Source of the DNA: Ruditapes philippinarum
Taxonomy: Eukaryota
Assembly: GCF_026571515.1 (NCBI RefSeq)
Contig: NW_026852809.1
Location: 1-64,000, forward strand
Direction of reading: 5' to 3'
DNA length: 64,000 nucleotides
The notes beneath the pieces are model-generated. The model made no database searches, was not told the DNA's origin, and saw only the letters and a list, made by a program, of their open reading frames with translations. The position numbers and the translations under genes were made by a program. Each line of letters opens with the position of its first letter. The stretch's first letter is position 1. Below are positions 25,801 through 37,477 of this stretch, one piece after another.

Positions 25801-27733
25801 CTGCTAGCCCGCTCACTGTTAGGCCGCCCATTTCACACTGCTAGGAAATGTATCATGAGGTTTTCATGTTGAGTCAATTAAGTATTAATGTTTATCCGCG
25901 CTAGGCACATCAGCCGCCCCCAGTTCACAACACTGCTAGCCGCTATACTGTAGCCGCTCATTTAACACTGCACATAATGTATAAACGCTTTTTATGTTGA
26001 ATCAAGTTAGTTTTAGAGTTTAGACCCGCTGGCCGCCAGCCCGCCCAGTTCAGCACTGCTAGCCCGCTAACACTGTTAGCCCGTCCACTTCACAATGTAG
26101 GAAAAGTGTACATGAGGTTATTAATGATGATCAATTAAGTATTAATGTTTAGCCCGGCCAGCCCGCCCAGTTCACACTGGTATCCCGTACACTGTTAGCC
26201 GCCCCATATTTCACACTGCTGGATGTATCTTTTAATGAAGTTTCAATGTTGATTCAATTAAGTATTAAATGTTTAGCCCGCTGGCCCTCAACCGGCCAGT
26301 TCAGCGACTGGCTATCCCGCTCACATACTGTAGCTCCGCTCATTTCACACTGCCACGTATGTAATCATAAACGTTTTATGTTGAATCAGTTAAGTTTTAA
26401 GAGTGTTTTAGCCGTGGCCCGCCAGCCCGCCCAGTTCACACTGGCTAGCCGCTAACACCTGTTAGCCGCCGCACTTCATCAGCTGTCCACTAGGTAATGT
26501 ATCCATAACGTTTCATGTTCAATTGGTTAAGTTTTAGAGTTTAGCGCCCGCTGGACCAGCCACCCGCCCGCCCAGTTCAACACTGCTACGCCGCTACCGT
26601 TAGCCCGCCACCACTTCAACTGGCTAGGAAATGTTCAGAGGTTTTTAATGTTCATTAAGTTAAGATATTAAAGTTTACCCGTTCACACTGCTACACCCGC
26701 TACACGTTAGCGCCGACTTCACACTGCCAGATATGGTATCATAACCTTTTCACATGTTCAAGTCAGTTAGTTTAGAGTTTAGCCCGCTGGCCAACAGCCC
26801 GCCAGTTTCCACACTGCGAGCGACCGCTACATGTTAGCCGACCAACTTCACAATTGCTAGGAAATGTTCATGAAGTTTTAATGGTTCATTCAATTAAGTA
26901 TTTAAGTTTAGGCCCGCTGGCCGCCCAGTTCACACTGCTAGCCCGCTAATTGTTTAGCCACCGACTTCACAGACGCCAGGTAATGTATCATAACCGTTTT
27001 CAATGTTTAATCTGTTAAGATTTAAGGTTTAAGCCCCGTTAAGTATTAATGTTTAGGCCCGCTTGGCCCATCAGCCGCTCGCAGTTCACACTGCTAGCCG
27101 CGCTATACTGTTTAGCCTCTATTTTACACTGCGACGTAAATGTATCATAACGTTTTCATCGTCGAATCAGTTAAGTTTTAAGAGTTTAACCGCGCTGGCC
27201 CGCCGGCCCGCCGCATTCAACGGCTGCCACCGCTAGCATTGTCGCCTGCCCACTTCACAATGCTAGGAAATGTATCATGAGGTTTTCATGTTGCATTCAA
27301 TAAGTATTTAAGTTATCCCCCGCTGGCCCGCTAGCCTGCCTCAGTTCAACGCTGCTAACCCGCTACACTGTTAGCCCGCCGACTTCACACCGCTTAGGAA
27401 ATGTAATCTAAACAGTTTTCATGTTCAATTCAATTAAGTTTTTAAAGTTTCAGCCCGCCAGCCCGCAGTTAACACTGGCTAGCCCGCTAACACTGTTAGC
27501 CCGCCAACTTCAAACTGGGCTAGGATATGTATCATAACGTTTTCATTGTTTAATCTGTTAAGATTTTAGAGTTTAGCCCGTTAGACTGCTAGCCCGCCCA
27601 GTTCACACTGCTACCCCTTTAGACTTCTAGCCCGCCCAGTTCACACTGTTAGCCCGCTAGACTGCTAGCCCGCCCAGTTCACACTGTTAGCCCGCTAGAC
27701 TGCTAGCCCGTTAGCCCGCGTACTTCACCGACA
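22895..27733. mobile_element. Foldback-type non-autonomous element with long satellite-built inverted arms
   Basis: Termini TGTCCGTGAAGTACGCGGGCTAACGGGCTAGCAGTCTAG / CTAGACTGCTAGCCCGTTAGCCCGCGTACTTCACCGACA. Arms ~22895-24500 and ~25248-27733 are made of ~127-bp tandem units in opposite orientations. Flanked by TA on both sides; no ORF. Confidence 0.85.
24565..24910 (+). mobile_element. Degenerate tRNA-derived SINE with V-domain-like core in the foldback spacer
   Basis: A-box-like GGCTATGGTGG, B-box-like GAGTCGATCTC, and a GATGGG...GGTCCCGTGT...GCACATAAAAGAATCC motif. Confidence 0.5.
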
Positions 27734-30700
27734 TAATACCTTTACCGTGTAGTTTTTATTTTATTAAACTTTGAAAATATCTTGGATCCTATTTGCTATT
27801 AAGTTTGGCATTATTTAGTAAATAAATACATACAATAATTATATAATTAAAATGAAACACTTTTTTCTTCCAATAGGGATCTGAGAGATTAATAAAAAAT
27901 GTTAAAAAGAAAAAAAAAGTTGTCCCTTCTGGCTTCACTTTCAATACACTTTACAGTAATTCTAGCCTATTTGAATACTCTTCAAAGTGAAAATAGTGCA
28001 TTGGGGGTGTACTACCTTAAGTAGTATACTCCTTGTACAAATGCATTTCCGATTGTGTAGTTTAGCCATAATAGGTACAATTATAAACCGTTTGTCCATT
28101 ATATCATTGTAAATAGTTTTCTATAAATATACCGAGTGTATCGACAAGGCAGGAGTCTGATAAATTTGTTCTGCAATGTCAAGCTACCATCGACAGCACA
28201 TCGTCAGGTCCGTTTGTCCCTTTACCAGTTGGACCTACCGTTTGACCTTCGTCATTCAGGAAGTTGAGTTGTTGTAGGATGTTATCCAGTCTGGATTTTA
28301 CGCAGGTTTAAAAAGTATATTTGGCCCATCTGGTGAGAATAAAAGAGGCAAACTGACTTTCTGACTTTTGTGTCACATGTGTCAACACTCACATTACCTC
28401 TCATTACCTATGAAAAAACAAAAAAGAGATCCATAGTTAAACATAAATTAAAGTGATATTATGCCTATCCAAGTATAAATGGTGCGTGAAAAGGTCAAAG
28501 TCAAAACAACTTGAGATTTTTCCATAATAGGTTATAGATAATAGTCCAGGTGAATAATCAATTACACACATGAATCACAATAATTTCTATAGATATCCTT
28601 CGGAATATATCGTTAATGCTCCGTTGATAAAAAGAGTGGGATAAGCCTTTTATATTTCAGGCAATTTATCATATTTTACCCTTGGCAATTTTCATAACCA
28701 ACTATCGTTCAATGGCCATTATAATAGTCAATCTTTTTAAATATTTAGTCAATTGACCTCAACCAGACAGATTGAGCATAATGTAACTGAAGATAAAGGT
28801 AAAAACAGGGTATTTGGACCTTATAAAAGCAACGATCTTTATAATTACGGTAAAAAAAAATCATGATATCACCTGAATAGGTAACATATGGTACTAGTTA
28901 ATGCTTTTAATTCTTTAGTGTAGGGAGACACAGGCAAAATTTTCATTTCTACGCTTCTAATTTTTCTTTCAATATTCTATAAATATCCTCGAGTAGTCAG
29001 AAGAACAAAACTTTTCCCAACTTGACCCACGTCGATCAGGTTATAGCATTTTTACTTCAAAATAGTTGTTATTGAGAACTATGTAAACGTAAAAGTATCA
29101 TTCTGTCAAATGAATGTCTAAGATTCATTTCAATCTAACAATATCCAGAATATCTGTAATATGTTATTTCCAGAGAGTTTTCTTGTACTACTCGGTGACT
29201 CTGTTGGCATCTTAATTTCGTTCAATATATAAACATATAATTACGCTTCAAGCCCAAAATATATATATTTTGATATTGAAATTTATGTTGGTTTTTGATC
29301 AATTGTCCTAGTTTTATACAGAAATACATGCTAGGACTTTAGAGAATGTCATTTTAGCATGATTTGAATAAATACCATCAATTTACTATTTTTGTCATTT
29401 ATTTGTCTAAGTATCCCTTTAATCAATTATATAAAATATACTTTATAGATACTTACTTTATACTCCTCCTCCATCCTATAAACTTTCCTTAAAATTCCGA
29501 CGTAGGTAAACTTTAAAACTCCAATTACACACGCTAAAAAGCATTTTTGTGTTAACGTGTTTACGCAAGAAGAGTGACGTCATTTAAATCGCTGTAATGC
29601 ACATTTAATGACGTGTCATTACGACCGTTTTTTCTCGTGTCGTGCGTCATATAATTAGGGGGCGTAAGAGGCGTTATATCTTTCACTAACCTCTCATTTG
29701 TAGACTCTATCAAACAAACAGTAAATATTTAACAATCGTTTTTGCACCTTTCTGAATGTTTCCAAGAAAGTTCCCATTTTCTCTTTTCCAGATTCATAAA
29801 TCTATTCACATGATGTAATTTTAGTCTAAGTATATATACTTGACAGTGATAGATTGGTCTTCAGTTAGTAGTCCGTCAATTTCTACGACTCGTTGCAATC
29901 GACTAATTTACTTTATGTACGAGAAGAAAAACCTTGTAGCTTAATGGGCAAGTGATACGTAAATAAACACCCTCTTTATTCTATATTCATTCTTACACAG
30001 AGCGATTTTTATTTGATGTTGCAAAAATAAACTCAGAAAGAATGCCCTAAAGTACCCTTAAGGAAATGAAAACAAACTGGAGGAGGTAAATTACAAAGGT
30101 TTGTTTTCGAATCTGTTCATGAAAAGAAAAATTGAAACTGCCACATTTCTCACTCCCCACTATAGCACTTGCTTGAACATTATTCAGTATTGGAATATAA
30201 AGGTAAGACAAACTTTGTTTATAGTCGGTTATGGTTAACTGTACAAAACATAAGCTTTAAGCTTGTATCCGACATGAAAATGTCAAAGGTAATGTACATA
30301 TTAACATATATAACATCACTGAGCAAATGTTAGACATTCATTAACAATATTTCGGAAAGTCAATATCATTAACTAAGAAAATAAGCTCAAAGAATCAGTA
30401 ACAAATAATTATTTCTACGCCTTTCAAATGTTAATTATAGTAATATTGATTTCGAAATTTAAATAATTTGTTTGTGTTAAAGAACGAACGCGATATCGTA
30501 ACTTTGTCCTGTTATGGCATTTCACGGGTTTTGCTTCGCATCAGTACTAAGTCTTTTAACGACATGCCAGCTTTAATGGCGGAGGAATATATGCTCTTGA
30601 TAAAAATTGAAATTGAAAGATTTCTTTTTTTTTTTTAATTACTGCAATGTTAAGTTAAAACTATGCATTATTGTACGAAGAAGTCGTTTAGATTGTACCA

Positions 30701-32280
30701 ACGGTTGATTTGTTTTGGTGTTTATAAAGATATACAGGGTAAGTTCTGGTGAAGAAATGGCAGTTTAAACAATTCAAACTTGAGTTTGTGAAATAGACCA
30801 ATATCGTAGCCCGGTGACGGGATAAGAACTGGAGAGGAAGGGTAGTCTGCAAGAAAAACAAAACGTTTCGAATTCATAGCAAGGGATTTTCAAGGACAAT
30901 GAAAATTGATTAATTATATTCATTCTTAATGATGATAGGAAGAAGGTCGATGAACAGAAATTGAAATTAACTGATTATTTTCATGACGTTATTAGTATTT
31001 TAATGATCTTCGTGATTCATTTTCATATCTGACATCATATTGTGTCATATCAATCTTTTTTGCCCATTCTGTAAATACATGTATCTTGTTTCATTATGCA
31101 CACAATTGCTCAGGCTGTTTTTTTTTCTAGCTTGCGGTGAGGCTTGTAGCGCCTAAAACCTATGTAAACTCCACAATAGTCTCTAGACATGTATGTCTTG
31201 AGTATGTTTTTCTAATTCGCAATTTCAGTTTAGTAGTGTACAATATTAATTTTGCCACATTTTTTTGTTGACAAACGAACAAATGCCATACTTGTTGTAT
31301 AAATATACATATAGTATAAAAGTTCCTCCCTACCAGTAAAGCTAGAAAATCGCCTTTAAAGTTTAGGTGCGGCAATAATCAAACAAGCCGAAGCACGCCG
31401 TCTTATCGATGTTAATGGTTTGCTATTGAAAGTAAAGAAACGATGATTTAGAAAATTCAAGCGCAGTTTTATCACTTGAATAGTTTCATTACAATCGTAT
31501 ATCTATTTGACAGTTCAATACTTCCTGCTGTGGTTACCAAAATGTACCGAGCACGTTATCTGGTCAAACATTGTGGAATCTACAACACTTAGCAGGTTTT
31601 CATAATGTTTTTTTGTTAGCAATTAATTTGACATAATATCAAAATTCTCTTCAAGTTAACATTCCGTTGCAAAAAATAGCTTTCAGACTATTTTCCAATA
31701 ATGCGCAAATGGTCCTTTAATATTGAAATAAAGGAATGTAATTGCCGATTTCCTTACAACAACCGACTACTATTCCAACATAATTTCTGAATAAACGATG
31801 GGAGACAAATGACCATCAATCTAAATGTAAAAGATGTATTGTAACGGAGAAATATTGTCTCGTCGGAGGATTGAACGAGGACGACTTGATAACCGTTTCG
31901 AAACTCTCTTCACCAAATAGCCAATGTTTCTATTTATTAATCTTAAAAGTATAGCATAAGCCTATTGACCTCCAGTGTTTTTATTTAATTACAGAAAACT
32001 AAAGATATAAATTTAAAACTATTAAGGGAATGTTTATAACAATAGAATTTACCTTCATGTATTTGTTATCCAAAGTACAAACTTTGACTTGATAAGACAA
32101 GTTTACCCGAACAAAATAAGAAAACTTTAAGTATGACAGAGAATAACTAATTGTATACAACTTAAAAGATAAACCTCTTTTGATAAATCGATTCCGTTTT
32201 ATCTGTTTATGTATTGACGTTGTTTAGTACATACACTGAGTTACTTTAAAAACGCATATAAAAATAATAAAAAAAACTAA

Positions 32281-33800
32281 AAACAAGAGCACCGCTAGGC
32301 GGAGCATTATATGCCCGAAAGTGATTTTTTAGTAAAGATGAAGCATTTGTAAGACATTGGAATTAAATATAGTATTACCTCCTTCAAATAACAATCCTCC
32401 TATGAAGTTTGAATATTGTGGTCCATATGGAACTTAAGTTATGCCCAGGAAACTGTTTTTAGTTTTAAGGTGATAGTGACCTTGACCTTTGACCTTGTGA
32501 TTCCAAAATCAATAGGGGTCTTCTACCCAATATGGACAATCAGCCTATGAAGTTTGAATATTGGGGGCCAAATGGAACTTAAGTTATGCCCGGAAATTGT
32601 TTTCAGTTTTAAAGTAATAGTGACCATGGCCTTTGACCTTGTGATCCCAAAATCAATAGGGGTCTTCTACCCAATATGGACAATCATCCTATGAAGTTTA
32701 AAAACTGTGGGCCAAATGAAACTTAAGTTATGTCCGAAAACTGTTTTCAGTTTTAAGGTAATAGTGACCTTGACCTTTGACCTTGTGACCCCAAAATCAA
32801 TAGGGTGTTCTACCCAATTTGGACAATCATCCAATGAAGTTTGAATATTGTGGGCCAAATGGCTCAAGAATCAAAGTAATAGTGACCTTGACCTTTGACC
32901 TTGTGATCTCAAAATCAATAGGGGTCTTCTATCCAATATAGACAATCATCCTTTTAAGTTTGAACACTGTGGGCCAAATGGATCTTAATTTATGCTCCGG
33001 AAACTGTTTTTAGTTTTAAAGTAATAGGGACCTTGACCTTTGACCTTGTGACCTTAAAATCAAAAGGGGTCTTCTACCCAATATAGACAATCATCCTATG
33101 ACGATTGAACACTGTGGACCAAATGGAACATAAGTTATGCTCCAGAAACTGTTTTCAGTTTTAAGGTAATAGTGACCTTGACCTTGTGACCCAAAATCAA
33201 TAGAGGTTTTCTACCCAATATGGACAATCATCCTATGAAGTTTGAACACTGTGGGTCCAAACGGACTTAAGGTATGCTCCGGAAACTGTTTTCAGTTTTA
33301 GGGTCATATAACCTTGACCTTTGACCTTGTGACCCCAAAATCAATCGGGGTCTTCTACCAGATATGGACAATCATCCAATGAAGTTTAAACAATGCGGGC
33401 CAAATAGGACTTAAGTTATGCCCTGGAAACAGTTTTCAGTTTTAAGGTCAAAGTGACCTTGACCTTTAACCTTGTGACCCCGAAATCAATAGGGATCTTC
33501 TACCTTATATGGACAATCATCCTATGAAGTTTGAACACTGTGGGCCAAATGTGACTTAAGTTATGCTTCGGAAACTGTTTTCAGTTTTAAGGTCATAGTG
33601 ACCATGACCTTTTACCTTGTGAACCCAAATTCGATAGGGGTCTTCTACCCAATATGAACAATCATCCTATGAAGTTTGGACACTGTGGGCCAAATGGAAC
33701 TTAAGTTATGCTCCGGAAACCAAATTGCTAACGGACGGACGTACGGACGGACGCCACGGGGTATAACATAATATGCCCGAAATTATTTCGGGCATATAAT
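32281..33800 (-). mobile_element. Complete HINE/pearl-like element with ~9 x 144-bp tandem repeats
   Basis: AACAAGAG end with hairpin GCACCGC-TAG-GCGGAGC and subTIR ATATGCCCGAAA. Other end ATATGCCCGAAATTATTTCGGGCATAT. (ACGG)n at ~33731-33753. Monomer contains GTGACCTTGACCTTTGACC and AAATCAATAGGGGTC. Confidence 0.9.
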
Positions 33801-34989
33801 TAAACGAAAACAGCAAAGTTTACTAGATATTTCATGACACTAAAATGGGTACAGTTATCAATAACACTGACGGCTGCTTAAACGTGTCTCGTTAAAGTAT
33901 TCTGCACCACAAACCAAGCTGCTTCATGAAATAAAGATCTGATTGAGAGATATCATTTCGATCAGCATATTAGAAAAACGCAATGAAGCCCATAAACATT
34001 TAAACCGGTCTGTCGTTTTTTTACGAACATAAACTTTCAAAGGCTCCTTGCATACTTGGAATCTCAAGATGGATCGCGACGGAGTATGTCAGCACTATTG
34101 CTTTCAATTAACTAGTGCTCGTCTTAAATTGTACGAGTCAAAGTAAAAAATAATATTTGGTAGCCATAGAGACACTGTGGTTATATTTAAACATATCTTC
34201 TATTCGGCTTGTCTGGTTGACGTTACGCAGACGTTTGAAGGCACATCGCTCATTTTGAACAAAAACAATCTATAATGTTAAAAACGCTTATTCATAAGTG
34301 GAACACAAAATTACAAAAATATGGCATATGAATAATTATGTGTTGACATTCAAATATTGCTAGATGATTTGGAATCACATAATTCTTGAATAACGTAACT
34401 TAATATTGTAATGATGTTTCACTTTCTTTGTTATAATTGGTTGTCAAAAATACTGAAAATGTTTGAGAAGATATGGAATTGTTTTCTTGATTTATATTTA
34501 TCACGTCTGTTTAATAATTTTAATAACGACTGCTTTTTATGTTTCAGTGAACAATTCCGACGATCCAATTATTTGACTTGAAAACGAATCGCTCAACTTG
34601 AAATCTGATCAAATATTCACGCAGAACTTAAGTGTTTATAAAGTTTTTTTGTCTTATACAATATTTCAAAATTTATACTGCAAGCGTTTTGTAACATATA
34701 AATGTTAAGAATATTGTGTTAACATTATTGACGGCTTATGAACAATTCACAGTATCCGTTGAAAGTAAAAACAGCATTTCGTTATCATTTAAAAGAATGC
34801 CATTTTGATAAATGACATTAAAACGCTTTTTAAATTGTCGACATATATTATAAACCTAATCGTAAGTTAGAAATAAAACTTGAATACAATAAGTCGGATT
34901 ATATTGTTCGTTCTTGTAATATTTGTAATATTACAATGCATTTAAACTTACACATCACTAGCACTTCACAACAGCAGGTGTCAAGTGCT

Positions 34990-35420
34990 GGCTGTGTGGC
35001 AGCTGTAAAAAGTTACCCCTGTACTTGTTATTCATGTATTTTTCTTCGGGATCGGTGATTCCAACACTTTTAAATGCTAGGGGACATGAGGGATGTTGCA
35101 CTTTTTCATTATTCTTCATGATCAGACTCAATCAAACCGAGTCTGCAATTTTCATGTAATTTTGTTGTGATAAGTTTTCCTGGGGGATCACACTTATTTC
35201 AGATTTTTAATATTTCACAACAGCAGATTTCAAGCGTAATGGGGCAGCTGTAAAATGTTAACCCATACTTCACTTCAGTGTTGTTATATTTTTCTGGTCC
35301 CATAAGATCATTGATTCCAACACATTCATTATCCCTCAAGTACAGACTCAATTAAACCGAGTCTGCTATGTTCATGTTATTTTGTTGTGATTAGTACTTC
35401 GGGGGGATCACACTTATTCC
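34990..35420 (-). mobile_element. Two short tandem diverged copies of the same element
   Basis: CAGACTCAATCAAACCGAGTCTG at 35123 and a near-identical copy at 35343; GCAGCTGTAAAA end motif at ~34999 and ~35244. Confidence 0.65.
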
Positions 35421-35911
35421 AGATTTCAAAGAGTAATGGTGTCCCGTTGCAACAATTTCAAACCCGTGATATTTTCTACCAAAATCGTACAAAATTTCGC
35501 AAGGAACTTAAAAACATCGACATCTATGACAGTTGTTGGAAACAGCAAGGAACATTTTTACTCAAATGGTCGGTAGCGTCCATGGTTTTACTCTACATTC
35601 TATCCGTCGTGTGTCTATTAAATGTGAAATTCTACAAATGAGTCGAGGGGAAGATTATAGGCCGCACCTTTTTGTTCCTAAACAAAACATAAACTCTCGG
35701 ATCATTCTTGCAAACTTAGAACCCAAAGATTGATCAAAACATTGTATGTGAGTGATCTTGCTTTTAAAAACAAAAACTTTTCTTTCATTAACGAGGCCAA
35801 GTGATAGATAATGTGAGATTTCGTTTTTGGAAATGACAGGCATAAAGACACTGTCACAGTCACTGTCATATATTACAACATATCTTATATTATGTTTGTC
35901 TAGTTTACGTT

Positions 35912-36518
35912 AAAATAGAGAAAGAAAGAATCCCTAAAGAAAGCCCAACACAGCAAAATTGAAAGAGTTGCAGGCTCGGTTTGATTGAGCCTGTTTATAG
36001 ACGGTACTGTCAAGTGCAAATTTCTGTCCACGCCCTCTTGCACCGGCTTAAGCAGAATTCAACATTTAACATGAACTAGTACAATTTTGAATTTTGAAGC
36101 ATCCGCATGTGTGTTTATGTGGCGGTTATCATAGAATCTTCAATGTGACACGTAAATGCCATTCCATGAAAAGCGGCATATGGTCCAAAAGTAAAAAATG
36201 CGTGTGCGCTAAACGAGTAAACAATGGGCCGAACTAAATAAAATGAAATTTTGAAAGGGGATCAGAGGTTATGAAGGCTGCATATCACAGATAATATGTC
36301 AAAAGACAAATTTAAAAAGCAGGCCACATATCCTAATTGTGAATCAACAGTAATCGAGTGGGGAATACTGGAACAACCCAACAAGAAAATGGCACAACAA
36401 TAATGTCGTGCTGAACGATCTTAAAGAATCCGAAAAATAACTTCATTGATTGAATGTACGGGGCGACGTTTTACAGCCTCCACACGGAACAAACAACGCT
36501 TTTGTGGCGATAAAATAG
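35912..36518 (+). mobile_element. Same element, second full copy
   Basis: Collinear with 19097-19728; TAAAATAGA repeated at both ends. Confidence 0.82.
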
Positions 36519-37289
36519 ATACAGTTACGTTACTGTAACGTTCGAAAGCATATCGCCGATTTCGACTCAAAACAAACTACATTTAGCTTTCAAAAAGCTT
36601 TTTTTTAGACGCGGAACACAAATTTCCAAAATATTGCATTATTATGAATTATTAATTTGTGTTTAGATACAAACATTGCTAATGATGTTGTAATCGCATA
36701 ATAATTGATTTTATTTACTTTAAGATTGCATTTTAATTGTTAATAATTTGTTGTCAAAATACTGAAAATGTTCCAGAAGATACACAATTATGTTTTTAGA
36801 TTTATATCTATTACGTCCATTTTTATTACTTTGATATCGATTGCGTTTTTAAAGTGATTCACTGTACAATTCCGACGATTATTATTGAAATTGAAAAGAA
36901 TGAAACTACGACCTTGATTGAAATCTGATCAAATATTTACTTAAATATTTTAACTTTAGTTTTTATTTAGATGTTTTGAAATGCATAATCTATTAAGAAA
37001 TTTATTCATGCTTCGAAGCACTGTTCAGATTCAATTTCATAATAATAACAATGTGAAATTATATTAGTTTAATACCCTTACTTAAAGACCCATCATGCTC
37101 CGAAAAATGTTATTTCTCAAAAACTTTTATTGTTGACGCCCTTTTTCTAGATAGCTATTCATTGGCTTATTACATGAACCGTCAGTCACTTTGTTCTGTT
37201 GCCTTTCACAATTCGTACAGTTATTTAGTATTTATTACGGCTGGCAATTTTAAATTACTCCTATGTTTACATTTTGCTACTCTTATTTA

Positions 37290-37477
37290 CTATAATTAGT
37301 AACATCTGACAAAAATTGTAACGTCTTTTTTAACCTTAGCTCTATAATTTGTAAAGTTAAAATTCATAACCCGAAGAAGGGTATATAGTACCAGAAACCG
37401 GTAGTTGTAATAAATATATAAACCGACTTGGTGTTATGATGTGTTGCTCCCCCCTTCCAATCTTTTAACTTACTATT
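37290..37477 (+). mobile_element. Solo Penelope pLTR-like insertion with decayed minimal type I hammerhead ribozyme
   Basis: 12-bp direct repeat TACTCTTATTTA at 37278 and 37478; inside ATAAC-CCGAAGA-AG-GGTA-TATAG-TACC-A-GAAAC-CG-GTA-GTTGT followed by AATAAA. Confidence 0.7.

Noticed and set aside
28921-29422. Possible Kolobok-like MITE (AGGGAGACACAGGCAAAAT / ATTTGTCTAAGTATCCCTTTAA)
   Set aside because: TIR match weak and left TTAA absent.
31850-31925. tRNA-like sequence on the minus strand
   Set aside because: No intact cloverleaf; likely a decayed SINE head.
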